Under the pieces are notes generated by a model. It was not told where the DNA came from. It saw only the letters and a list, made by a program, of their open reading frames with translations, and made no database searches. Of a stretch of DNA of 64,000 nt, positions 1 through 9,689 are shown piece by piece. The first letter of the stretch is position 1, and each line of letters opens with the position of its first letter. Source of the DNA: Candidatus Obscuribacterales bacterium (GTDB lineage: Bacteria; Cyanobacteriota; Vampirovibrionia; Obscuribacterales; Obscuribacteraceae). A program made the translations under genes and the position numbers. The stretch is taken from contig CBDDIJ010000002.1 in the NCBI GenBank assembly GCA_965228855.1, positions 96,001-160,000 of the forward strand. Reading direction: 5' to 3'.

Positions 1-88
1 GGAACTCTCTTAACCGGGAGTTCCCGTCCTTCGGGGAAGCGATGGCGGTCATCGAAAGATGGCTTCCATCTGCTTCTTTTCCCAAGAT

Positions 89-434
89 CGTCTACTATAC
101 TTTCGCGTATCAGCCAAACCGGGAGAAGCCCTACCAGGCATGGCTTTATAGACTTCCCCCCAAAAGAAGAGCCCCCAATCAACTCTCAGTGTCTACGACA
201 GAACGACGGATTTCAGAAAAATCGTCTACGAGCCATAGACAAACCGACAGACCTGACCGAACACCAGCACGCGAGGAAGTCCGCAAACCCGAAACTGGCA
301 AGCCTTCCGCCCGCTCAGACATCCCTCCCTAGAAACTAAATCCTATAGTAACAGTCCAACGGAAGTCCGCAAACCCAAAGCTGGCTAGCCTTCCGCCCGC
401 TCAGACGCCCCCTAGAAACTAAATCCTATAGTAG
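89..434. repeat. Arm-core-arm palindromic repeat element, locus 1 (duplicated right arm)
   Basis: Left arm CGTCTACTATA 89-99; core TGTCTA-CGACAGA-ACGACG-GATTTCAGAAAAAT-CGTCTA-CGAGCCA-TAGACA 190-241; right arms TATAGTAA 344-351 and TATAGTAG 427-434 within an ~86-bp tandem duplication (275/361). Confidence 0.85.
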
Positions 435-447
435 CGGCCCTCTCCAG

Positions 448-486
448 AAAAAAAGCGGTGCCACACCGCAATTGGTGTGGCACCGC
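448..486 (-). terminator. Rho-independent terminator
   Basis: 13-bp stem GCGGTGCCACACC/GGTGTGGCACCGC with A7 tract (U-tract on minus), just downstream of the 498 stop. Confidence 0.85.
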
Positions 487-497
487 CAAAGGTCACA

Positions 498-932
498 TCA
501 GACCTTGCGCAGCTGCTTGAGCAGCGAAACCAGCGTCTCGACTTCCTGATGGGAAGCCTCGCCGTCGGAGATGACGATCGTCAGACCGCTCGGATGGCCG
601 TTGACCATCGGCGGCATGATGTGCGCGGCGAGTTCGTGAGCGGCATGCAGCGCATAGTCGAGGTCGACGCCGGAGGCGGTGACTTCGATCAGGATGTCGT
701 GCAGCTCGCCGTTGTCCAGCGCCGGCTGGTTGGCGTAGGCGTCGTAGGCGTTGATGTGGTGCTGTGCGACATGAAGGGCCGCAGCATGAAGCCCGCGATG
801 AATGGTCGCCACGATGGCGGTGTTGTCGTGCGCGGCACGAGCAGGCGCGAAGGCCGCAGGGGACGCGACGGGCGCGGTATCGGCCGAACGATCGACGTTC
901 AGGGCGGGGGTCTGCTGTTGGGTTTGGTCCAT
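498..932 (-). CDS. hypothetical protein
   Basis: GC3-biased ORF, GGAGA RBS before ATG, own terminator. Confidence 0.7.
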   Translation of the reverse strand: MDQTQQQTPALNVDRSADTAPVASPAAFAPARAAHDNTAIVATIHRGLHAAALHVAQHHINAYDAYANQPALDNGELHDILIEVTASGVDLDYALHAAHELAAHIMPPMVNGHPSGLTIVISDGEASHQEVETLVSLLKQLRKV

Positions 933-1128
933 CAATTTCTCCAGGTGTGTTCAGGTTGCTTGCAGATAATTGGAAAGCCCGACTTCACTAAGTCGCGCCT
1001 TCCCCAAAGTAAGCTCGGTATCACGACCGCAAAACGCGATCGCTACTTCCGACACGACGTCGCCTGGGCGGCGTCGCAAACGTTAACGGTTCAGAATCAA
1101 AAACGAGACTGAACCGGCAAAGCAGGAA

Positions 1129-1689
1129 TTACCGGTGCGGAGGCTCGCCCGGATTGCGATCCCGGATGTTGGGACGCGAAGCGCCACCACTGCCATCCTT
1201 CTTGCCGACCGCGAGCGCGATCACGAACAGGACGATGGCGAGGAAGACGCCGCCGACACCGATGAAGATGGCGCCCTGAATGAATCCCGCGATGAAGGCG
1301 ATGATCCAGAGAAGCACCGCGGTGAAGGTTCCGTCGACGCCGATCTGCATGTTGACGTGCTCGAGCACGCCGGCACCGAAGGTGGCGACCACGAAGGCCC
1401 AGACGACGTCGGCGGCCAGCGCGACCATCATGATCTTGCGGATCACCGGCGGTGCCTTGGCGAAGGCGATCAGGAGCAGGGTGCCGAAGACGGAGCCGAC
1501 GACGGCGAAGACGGCACCCTGGAAGAGCGCGGCGACGAAGACGATGATCCAGCCGGAGACGCCGGTGAGGCTGCCCGTCGGAACGCCCGCGTAGGCGCTG
1601 AGGATGCTGGTGCCGAATGTGGCGAAGAGCGTCGCCCAGAGCACATCGAGCACGAGAACTGCGAATGCGTACTTTTTCAAGAAGGACAT
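1129..1689 (-). CDS. multi-pass membrane protein with internal two-fold repeat
   Basis: AAGGA RBS; two similar hydrophobic halves (DVLWATLFATFG...WIIVFVAALFQGA / DVVWAFVVATFG...WIIAFIAGFIQGA). Confidence 0.8.
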   Translation of the reverse strand: MSFLKKYAFAVLVLDVLWATLFATFGTSILSAYAGVPTGSLTGVSGWIIVFVAALFQGAVFAVVGSVFGTLLLIAFAKAPPVIRKIMMVALAADVVWAFVVATFGAGVLEHVNMQIGVDGTFTAVLLWIIAFIAGFIQGAIFIGVGGVFLAIVLFVIALAVGKKDGSGGASRPNIRDRNPGEPPHR

Positions 1690-2490
1690 GTTGATTCCTT
1701 TGGAAAGAGGTTTCAATTCACGACAACTCGCGCAAACCCAAACGCCGAACCAGACCCAGAAACAGACGCACGTGCCCTAACCACAAGCCCCGAATGGAAG
1801 CTTGAGTGCTGGAGGTTTCACTGGTGCGGACTGTGTGAGTAAGATTTGGTTTGAAAGAAATTCCGTTTGCGTTCGAGCGAGAAGTGCTTCTGTACTACCA
1901 GGCAACACACGCGCGCACAATATTTATGTGTTAAGAGCTATAAGCGCGCGCTTGATCACAAAGCGCAATAATTGCACCTATGGTTCCTAAACCGCTTACA
2001 GGCACGCGTTCTCCACACGCATATCCGCAGGACATCGACAAACTGTCAGTACACAATCGCGTTTTCGGTTTACATCGATCGTTGAACTCAGGTTCGCACA
2101 GTTAGCGATATTCGCAATAGATGCCCAAACGGTTTAACCCCAGATCATGTTCTAGATGAAGACAGGCTTGACGCCTTATGTTTACGAGTATGAACCACGA
2201 ACCGGAACATCTCGTTACACATCATTTCGTAATCTTTCAGGAGTACCAACTTCCTGATCTTGCTAGAAAAAATGCACCCATATCCCCACTCTCACCCGAA
2301 CCGGACCGCACATCTCTTTCGCCCAGCCTGAATGAAACCGCTCGCGCGCTCGCCCATCTGAGCCGTGCGTTCGATGCTTCGACTCAACACGAGCCGAATC
2401 ACACCGGCTAAGCGAATGATAAGCGTCTGATTGAGAGTCCTTCACACCAACTCCAGTCGGAGCTCACGCCCCGGCCGGAGACCATTTACG

Positions 2491-3567
2491 TTGAGCACGA
2501 AAATGAAACGACAGCGTTTCTTGCGCACCAACGCAAGACAACTTGGCGCTGCTCCGCTTGCGTCTTTGAGCGACAGCGCCATCTGGGAGGTCGCCGTATC
2601 TCCCATGGTCAAAGGTTTTCTCGGTTCGCGCGGCGAAGGTTTTTCGAAAGTCTTTGAGACTACCGAAGGACTTTTTCCCGGCGACAGTCTTTCCAACCTC
2701 AACGGCTGGTCGGTAAACGGCGACGAGACGGCGATTCGCAATCCCGTCGTCGGGCACTACTACCGCACCGCCAATGGTGCCTTCATCGTCAAACGCGACC
2801 ACGTCAAAATCAAGGCATTCGCCTGGTTCGGCGATGTTCTGGGCGGCAAGCCCGGCGAGCTGATCTTCAGCTGGGCGCTCCGCGACAGGCGTTTCGACGG
2901 AACCAAACGCGCCAACGACACGGCGCTGCTCGACTTTCCGTACGACGAGTGGCACAACGCGCCGCTGCTCATCAACGGGAAACAACTCGACGCCACCAGC
3001 GCCGAAACCTCACTGTACTCGTATCTCCCGGGAACCGGCATCGCCAAAGCGTGCGGCGACCAGGAATTCGAGGACTTCGTCGCCAGCCCGTACCGGTACA
3101 TCGACAAGCCGGATGTATTCCTGCGCCTGTTCGAAATCGCCTGGCGCTCCGAACGCTATCCGGGTCAGGTCTCGGTTCCCATCCCTGATGTCGGGAAACT
3201 GGCACACGCGTCGTGGGACAAACTTGCCACCAGATGCGGTTACGACTTTCTCGAAACCGCTCCCAGCCACCTGCACGTCTATGGCTGGAACTGCGCGAAG
3301 GGCTACGCCTGCAACAACAAGGAACAGCAAGCCGTGATCGCCGATTTCCAGGCGCGCGCAGCGAAACTGAAAGCCACCGGCTTCAAACTCTCGCGCCTCC
3401 AGGAATCGTGGCTGTTCGTCATCCAGAGCCTTCCGGCCGAATGCATCCCCGCCCCGCTCCACCTCGGCAGCGGCAAGTGGATGCAAAACAACATCGACCA
3501 GAACAACCTCTGGCTGTACAAACCCCTGAGCGAAAAAGCAAAACAGCTGATCGCCCAGGCCAACTAA
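2491..3567 (+). CDS. hypothetical protein, possible GNAT-like C-terminal segment
   Basis: Long biased ORF, GGAG before TTG 2491 (start uncertain), followed by terminator; PDVGKLAHASWDKLATRCGYDFLE...CAKGY loosely resembles GNAT motifs A/B. Confidence 0.75.
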   Translation: MSTKMKRQRFLRTNARQLGAAPLASLSDSAIWEVAVSPMVKGFLGSRGEGFSKVFETTEGLFPGDSLSNLNGWSVNGDETAIRNPVVGHYYRTANGAFIVKRDHVKIKAFAWFGDVLGGKPGELIFSWALRDRRFDGTKRANDTALLDFPYDEWHNAPLLINGKQLDATSAETSLYSYLPGTGIAKACGDQEFEDFVASPYRYIDKPDVFLRLFEIAWRSERYPGQVSVPIPDVGKLAHASWDKLATRCGYDFLETAPSHLHVYGWNCAKGYACNNKEQQAVIADFQARAAKLKATGFKLSRLQESWLFVIQSLPAECIPAPLHLGSGKWMQNNIDQNNLWLYKPLSEKAKQLIAQAN

Positions 3568-3571
3568 CAAA

Positions 3572-3609
3572 CTAGTCCGGCTCCCCCCAGGATCCGGACT
3601 AGCCTTTTT
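3572..3609 (+). terminator. Rho-independent terminator
   Basis: CTAGTCCGG...CCGGACTAG stem followed by CCTTTTT. Confidence 0.8.
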
Positions 3610-3615
3610 CAAACC

Positions 3616-3990
3616 CGTCTACTATATGCCCGCATTAAACCCGTCTACTATATGCCGACATATCTTCGCAACACCCAAAGCGCAGTACAGGCATGCTTTT
3701 CCACTCCTACGTCACTTCTCAGTTCCACGCAAAACCCGGTTTTGGCTATCCAGCTACGACGGATTTAGGAATTTCCGGCAACGAGAGAGCGCCAGAACCA
3801 TCTACTATATGCCGACATACCCTCGCGACACCCGAAGCGCAGTCTATGCAGGCGTATCCAGCCCTGCATCCCTTTCCAATTTACTTAGAAACCCGGTTTT
3901 GGCTATCCAGCTACGACGGATTTAGGAATTTCCGGCAACGAGAGAGCGCCAAAACGGGATTGCTGCGCGCCTCTACTATACGCCCTCATA
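3616..3990. repeat. Repeat element locus 2: tandem arm-core units (period 157 bp)
   Basis: CTACTATA arms at 3619, 3645, 3802, 3973; identical 52-bp cores at 3743-3794 and 3900-3951, each 98 bp after an arm. Confidence 0.9.
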
Positions 3991-4168
3991 TTCCCAGACT
4001 CACGAAAAACGGCGCCCACAGCCAGGACTATCCTGAACCGTGAGCGCCGAAGTCAGACTTAAGAACAAACACCGCGCATGGGTAGCGCCACGACGGCGTT
4101 TCCAGAAAGAGTGTTCGCGCGGAGCAGGAGCGGAGCAGGCGCTGTCAGCCGCAGCCGCGCTCAAGCCA

Positions 4169-5578
4169 CTAAGCGCGCAGCGTGAACCTATCGATCTCCT
4201 GTCCATCAGTCGTCACCTGACGAACAGTCACACTATCCGCCCCGAAATCCAGCACCGTGAGCGAGTTTCGATCGTCACAGACCTTCAGTGAGTAGGACTC
4301 CTGCTCCAGGTTGGACGGACGAACATCCGGCTCCTGAAGCGAACCTCCAGCGCCGGACACGATATAGATAACGCCCTGAGGCTGACAGTTCGTCATCCCA
4401 TCGAACTGCTCATCGACAGTCACGGTCCCTTGCGGATTACGTTTTCGCCCGGTCGCATCATCATTCAACCGATACCTGATCGGTCGATGCCGCTGATAAA
4501 AGTGGCAGTGACCGCTGAACACGACCTGAACGTCTAACTCCTCGAAGATCGGCGCCAAAACACGCATTCGGCGATCGCTTCTGTACTTCGCATCCCCGTT
4601 GAACCCGGGTTGGTGAAACGACACGAAGCGCCACTTGTAGTTTCGCCCTCGCGAAAGCGTGGTCCGAAGCCACTTTTGCAACTCCGGCTCGCGCCAGTCC
4701 ATGTATTTGTTGGCGTCCAGAATCGTCCACTGCACATCGCCCTGATACAACGCAAAGTTGGAGCGTCGAACAAAATCAGGACCGATGCACCGCAGCAGTT
4801 CGAGCCCCTCCGCGTTCTCGCCAACCATATCGCGAAGCCCCGACGCGCTCAGACGCGGACCATTATTAGCCTGGCGAAATATTCGAAAAAAACCGAATGC
4901 GTCCTCGTCGCTCACCGGCTTGACCTTGTCCGCGTCCTTCGGGAGGCGCACATCGTGGTTGCCTGCCGCCGCGACCACAACCGTAGTGCGCGCAAGCGGA
5001 ACGCCCGAGCTCGGTCCGTTGAAAACCGGCTCGTAGTGCATCTTATACTCGCGCAGCAAACCACTCTTGTACACGATGTCGCCAGAAACCAGCACCATAT
5101 CCGGTGCCAAACCCAGAGCACACTCGGCAATATCGCTCGCGCCCGCCGCTCCATCAGCGAAGTCGCCAAAGAGCACAACACGCTGTTTCAAGGCTCCAAT
5201 CGGAAACTTCGCATGCGACTCGAACACGCGTGCTCCATCGATCTCGAGCCTGTACGCGACGTCCGCATCGCTCTCAAACTCGATCATTGCCTCCAGACGA
5301 TGACATACATCACCCTCCCAGGCAAACGAATCGACTTCACGAACGCGCAGCGGCAGCCACTCGCCACGGTTTCGACTCCAGATCGAAACCGACCAGCGCT
5401 TCCGTCCGGCGAAAGACAACCACACCAACGAAAGGGACTGCTTGCGCCCCTTCCGGTTGGATTTGCCGCCCCATTGCAGCATCGGTTTTAAAACAAAAAC
5501 GCCCGGCGAATCCTCGCTCAAATTACCGTTGAGCGCTGGCGTCGCCAGACTGGAAACTGCTGGTGATGCAGCTTTCAT
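4169..5578 (-). CDS. metallophosphoesterase (purple acid phosphatase-like)
   Basis: Motifs FGDF, SGDIVY, GNHD, SFHQP, FSGHCH, YIVSGAGG; start uncertain (ORF open to 5623). Confidence 0.9.
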   Translation of the reverse strand: MKAASPAVSSLATPALNGNLSEDSPGVFVLKPMLQWGGKSNRKGRKQSLSLVWLSFAGRKRWSVSIWSRNRGEWLPLRVREVDSFAWEGDVCHRLEAMIEFESDADVAYRLEIDGARVFESHAKFPIGALKQRVVLFGDFADGAAGASDIAECALGLAPDMVLVSGDIVYKSGLLREYKMHYEPVFNGPSSGVPLARTTVVVAAAGNHDVRLPKDADKVKPVSDEDAFGFFRIFRQANNGPRLSASGLRDMVGENAEGLELLRCIGPDFVRRSNFALYQGDVQWTILDANKYMDWREPELQKWLRTTLSRGRNYKWRFVSFHQPGFNGDAKYRSDRRMRVLAPIFEELDVQVVFSGHCHFYQRHRPIRYRLNDDATGRKRNPQGTVTVDEQFDGMTNCQPQGVIYIVSGAGGSLQEPDVRPSNLEQESYSLKVCDDRNSLTVLDFGADSVTVRQVTTDGQEIDRFTLRA

Positions 5579-5630
5579 TGTTTCAGGTCCTTTCAGATTG
5601 TCCGTTTGGCTCGAAACCCTCAAGCCCTTT

Positions 5631-6407
5631 TTAGAACTTCACCGACTGCACCACATGCGGTGGCGCCGCGTTTTCCCACTTCAAAATGGCGAGTTCACCG
5701 CTCATGGTCTCGACGAGCGCTGTGCCGTTCTCAACCCAGTCGCCGTCGTTCAGATAAAGCACACCCGGCTTCTCCTTAATGGACGGGTGATGAATGTGCC
5801 CGCAGACGACTCCGTCGGCACCGATCTCGTGAGCATGCCTGACGAGCGCCTCTTCGAAGTTGGTGATAAACTTCACAGCCTCCTTCACGCGACGCTTGAT
5901 GAACGCCGACAAAGACCAATAGGGCAGTCCCGCCTTTCGACGCACGAAATTAAGCCAGCCGTTCAGGATCACGGTCATGTCATACGCCCAGGAACCAACG
6001 TGCGCGAGCCACTTACCATAGCGAACCACGCCGTCAAACTCGTCGCCGTGCATCACGTAAAGACGCTTGCCGCTTGCCGTCACATGCCACGTTGTCAACG
6101 CGACCGGAATGCCGCCAATCACTATCCCATCGTAATCACGCGCGAACTCGTCGTGGTTACCAGGTACAAAAACAACCTTCGTCCCGGCACGCGCCTTTGC
6201 GAAGATCTTCTGAATCACATCATTGTGAGCCTGCGGCCAGTACCAGCGCTGCCTCAATCGCCAACCGTCGACGATGTCGCCGACCAGATATAGATACTCG
6301 GATTCGCTGCGATCAAGGAAGTCGCAAAGTTTTTCACCCTGGCAGCCATAGGTGCCGAGATGAACATCGCTGATGAAGATTGCTCGATAGGCATGAGTGT
6401 CAGTCAT
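5631..6407 (-). CDS. UDP-2,3-diacylglucosamine diphosphatase-like (LpxH/YbbF family) metallophosphoesterase
   Basis: FISDVHLG, LVGDIVDGW, PGNHD, HGDEFD, CGHIH, YLNDGDWVE. Confidence 0.9.
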   Translation of the reverse strand: MTDTHAYRAIFISDVHLGTYGCQGEKLCDFLDRSESEYLYLVGDIVDGWRLRQRWYWPQAHNDVIQKIFAKARAGTKVVFVPGNHDEFARDYDGIVIGGIPVALTTWHVTASGKRLYVMHGDEFDGVVRYGKWLAHVGSWAYDMTVILNGWLNFVRRKAGLPYWSLSAFIKRRVKEAVKFITNFEEALVRHAHEIGADGVVCGHIHHPSIKEKPGVLYLNDGDWVENGTALVETMSGELAILKWENAAPPHVVQSVKF

Positions 6408-6751
6408 GTCGCTTCTCCAGTTCGAGGTTGATCGGACCGCTTCGAATCGGTCGTTTCGGGTTATCGATTGAAGTTTTTGGAATGCCGTATTTGAGAAAAA
6501 ACCGAACGAGAGTTATCGAAGCAGTGCTTCGAGGCTAGCTAATTCGCCGACGCGAAGTACACCAGCCTCCTTAACCGCTTGTTAACCACAAACTACCAAA
6601 ACGCCCGCTCCATGAGCTTCTCAATTGAGATCAAATATAAAATTGCAAACCACTCCACCTAGCGCGGCTCACACACGCCACCACCGGTAACACCAGCACG
6701 TTCGGGTTATGGTGAAGTTAAGGAACGGGAGGAATGAAGAAATCGCAAAGC

Positions 6752-6902
6752 CGTCTACTATATCTTTTAAGATAATATAAATCCGCAAACACGGTTATGG
6801 ACTCCGCTTCCAGCCATTCAATATTCTCGCTCCGTCGATTTCCAGCCAGCTGTCTACGCTGCATAGACGAATTTTCGAAAATCTGTCTACGCCACGCAGA
6901 CA
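6752..6902. repeat. Repeat element locus 3: left half (arm then core) upstream of PLD-HTH gene
   Basis: CTACTATA 6755; core TGTCTA-CGCTGCA-TAGACG-AATTTTCGAAAATC-TGTCTA-CGCCACG-CAGACA 6851-6902. Confidence 0.85.
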
Positions 6903-7073
6903 ACAATCGCGCATTCAGTTTTTAGCTTGAAATTGCCAGCAATCCCAGTGACCATCGAAATCCTGAGAGCGCGCCTGAAAGTTTCTCAAAAAATCTTTGC
7001 CAAAAATTGAACTTTTTAGTTGTCAATTTCGTAGATCAAATTAGACACCATACGAGTTTTTCGAGGAGGCGTT

Positions 7074-7847
7074 ATGATCGCAACCGAGTCAGATATTTTC
7101 ACGGACGAAACCTTCTGGGACCCCTTCTACACCGACCTTGCCAAAGCCCACAAAAGCATCATCATCAGCTGTCCATTCGTGCGACGGTGGCGGCTCGATC
7201 GACTCGAATACCAACTTAAAACAATGATTCGAAACGGAATTTCCGTTTGTATTTTCGTTCAGACCCCGGCTAGTCTTCGCAAAGAGAAGGGCAATCTCTC
7301 AGCAGAAGAAGATCGCGAAATCTGCGACTACGAGCGGGATATTAAACGCATGAGCACCTGGAAAGCACACGTCACCGAACGACCGCGCGCGCATCAAAAG
7401 TTCGCGATAATCGACGGAACGAAGCTCTGGGAGGGGAGCTTGAACATACTGAGCCACAGAGATGGCGCCGAACACATGCGGAGATTCGACTCCAGATATG
7501 AAGCTGAACGCGTGACAAAACTGCATGAGCTGGACCGCTGTTTCGACTGTGAAGTCTTGAGAGCAAAGTATTTTGTCGCCGCGCCCAATGTGGAACTACA
7601 AAGGCAAATGATTGCGCACGCGATTCACTCGCATCGGAAGTACCAGAAATTTTCGTTGCGTGATTTGAGCGCCGCCAGCGGTGTCGCGCACCAACGAATC
7701 AGTCAAATCGAAAACGCCAAGTACTTACGCGCTATAGACCCGCTCTTCGAGATATTCAATGCCTTGGGTCTGCGATTGATTGTCGCTCAAGCGGATGACG
7801 TTTCTGCGGTGTTGAACCAGATTGATATACGAAGTGCAGCTCGGTAA
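7074..7847 (+). CDS. PLD-family nuclease domain fused to XRE-type helix-turn-helix
   Basis: GAGGAGG RBS; single HKD motif HQKFAIID...WEGSLNIL; CFDC linker; C-terminal FSLRDLSAASGVAHQRISQIEN HTH. Confidence 0.9.
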   Translation: MIATESDIFTDETFWDPFYTDLAKAHKSIIISCPFVRRWRLDRLEYQLKTMIRNGISVCIFVQTPASLRKEKGNLSAEEDREICDYERDIKRMSTWKAHVTERPRAHQKFAIIDGTKLWEGSLNILSHRDGAEHMRRFDSRYEAERVTKLHELDRCFDCEVLRAKYFVAAPNVELQRQMIAHAIHSHRKYQKFSLRDLSAASGVAHQRISQIENAKYLRAIDPLFEIFNALGLRLIVAQADDVSAVLNQIDIRSAAR

Positions 7848-7885
7848 TTGGCGATGCAATCGGAGACCTGCTTCAGAACCCCGGT

Positions 7886-8148
7886 TGGCTATCCTGCTAT
7901 GACGGAAATGCGAACATTCGGCATTCCAGGATAGCCAAACCGTACCAAGCTCAATGGCATCCGTCTCGAAACCTCGACCCAGCGCCATGTTCAAGAAAGA
8001 CGCATCATGACTTCATATAGTAGTAAGGATGGGAGAATTCGGCATTCCAGGATAGCCAAACCAGGGCGAGCTCAAGGGGCATCCCACCGAAACCCCCGAC
8101 ACAGAGCCACATCGGAGATAAGCTTACCACGATGTCCTATAGTAGCAA
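7886..8148. repeat. Repeat element locus 4: right halves (core then arm, twice) downstream of PLD-HTH gene
   Basis: Core 7886-7937 (TGGCTATCCTG...CAGGATAGCCA), arm TATAGTAG 8016-8023, half core ending 8058, arm 8138-8145. Confidence 0.85.
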
Positions 8149-8348
8149 AACCTGAAAGCCGAAGCCCCGGAGAAGGCGCGATGCCTACCTCCGGAACTTC
8201 GAGCGACATTCAGATTTGCTTGAGCTTATCCGAAAACCGCTAAGCTGCATGAGCAGCTTGCTTCCACACAACGGCAGCTAAGTGACGCGGTCATGAGAGG
8301 CCGAGTCCTGAGACACCATGCGTGGTGGCGCGCCGGTTGGCGACACGC

Positions 8349-9677
8349 TTACTTGCCGGAGACCATCATCTTGGCGATCTTCAGCGTCGGCGAAGCCACG
8401 CTGGAGCGGAACTCGAGGTCGTTGCCGATCATCTCGATCGACTTGAACATCTCGAGCACGTTGCCCGCCACCGTGATCTTCTCGACCGGGTAGGCGAGTT
8501 CACCGTTCTCGATCCAGATACCGGATGCGCCCATCGAGTAGTCACCGGTGACGGCGTTGAAGCCGGGTCCCGAGACGCTCGTCAGGTACAGACCGTTCTT
8601 CACGGAAGCGATGATCTCCTTCGGCGAGCTCTTGCCGGGCTGGATGAACAGGTTGCAGACCGAGCCGCTGTTCGGAGTCATCCCCAGCTTGCGGCCGGAG
8701 TAGGAGTCGATCAGGTAGCCCTGGAGCTTGCCGTCCTGGACGATGACGCGCCGCGTGTTGGGCAGGCCTTCGTCGTCGAACGGACGCGAGCCGAGCGCGC
8801 CCTTGATCGTACCGTCATCGACGATGACGATGTCCTTGGCGGCGACGACCTCACCGACCTTGCCGGCCAGGAACGAGCTCTTGCGATACACGTGCGAGCC
8901 GTGTGCCGCGCCGATGAGCTGACCGAGCAGACGTGCGGACATGCCCTGGTCGAAGACGACCGGGACTTCCTGCGTCTTCACCTTGGTGGCGCCGAGATGG
9001 CGCAGCGCGCGGCGAGCGGCTTCGGCACCGATCGACTCGGGCGTCTCGAGACCCGCGAAGGTTCGGCTCGAATGCGACCAGCCACCGACCTGCATCGGGC
9101 CGCCGTTCTCCGACGCCAGAACCGAGGCGTGGAGCGAGAAGCGCGAGCTGGCATAGCTGCCGACGAAGCCGCGCGAGTTGGCGAAAACCACGTATCCGCG
9201 GTTGTCCGCGAAACCGGCGCCGTTGGAGTTGGTGATGCGCGGGTCGGCAGCGCGAGCAGCCGCTTCCGCCTTCATCGCCAGCTCGATCTTGGTGTTGACG
9301 TCCACCTTGCTGACCGACGTATCGAACAGGTCGAGCGCCGGCAGCGACTTGGCGAACAGATGCGCTTCGGGCAGACCGGCGAACTTGTCCGGTTCCGAAG
9401 CCTTGGCGATGGCGATCGTGTCCCTCACCATGCGCTTCAGCGAAGCGCGGGTGAAGTCCGAGGTGCTGGTGGTCGCGGAGTTGAAACCGACCAGCGCACG
9501 GAAGCGCATGCCGCGCCCCTGAGCACCGTTGAGTTCCTCCACTTCGCCCAGACGGACGCCGACGTCGACGGAATCGTATTCGGAGATCGTGACTTCGCAG
9601 TCGGTCGCACCGTACCGCTGAGCCTCCGAGACGACAAACGCGGCCAGGGATTCCAGGCGCTGTTGCGTTTTGTTCAT
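8349..9677 (-). CDS. pmbA: TldE/PmbA metalloprotease subunit
   Basis: SRPFDDEG, TGDYSMGASGIWIENGELAYPVEKITVAGN; directly downstream of tldD. Confidence 0.95.
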   Translation of the reverse strand: MNKTQQRLESLAAFVVSEAQRYGATDCEVTISEYDSVDVGVRLGEVEELNGAQGRGMRFRALVGFNSATTSTSDFTRASLKRMVRDTIAIAKASEPDKFAGLPEAHLFAKSLPALDLFDTSVSKVDVNTKIELAMKAEAAARAADPRITNSNGAGFADNRGYVVFANSRGFVGSYASSRFSLHASVLASENGGPMQVGGWSHSSRTFAGLETPESIGAEAARRALRHLGATKVKTQEVPVVFDQGMSARLLGQLIGAAHGSHVYRKSSFLAGKVGEVVAAKDIVIVDDGTIKGALGSRPFDDEGLPNTRRVIVQDGKLQGYLIDSYSGRKLGMTPNSGSVCNLFIQPGKSSPKEIIASVKNGLYLTSVSGPGFNAVTGDYSMGASGIWIENGELAYPVEKITVAGNVLEMFKSIEMIGNDLEFRSSVASPTLKIAKMMVSGK

Positions 9678-9689
9678 AGCGATAACTCC

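Noticed and set aside
190..241. Classical integron attC sites for the 52-bp cores
   Set aside because: No RYYYAAC/GTTRRRY ends, no intI, and flanking genes are not uniformly oriented
3743..3951. CRISPR array (identical repeats separated by ~105 bp); likewise 34575-34783 and 61417-61612
   Set aside because: Only two repeats per locus, 52 bp long; the intervening sequences are homologous to each other; no cas genes
3626..4043. ORFs with repeated peptides over repeat loci (also 61147..61746, 49563..50151, 42..332)
   Set aside because: Translations of non-coding repeats; no RBS or codon bias
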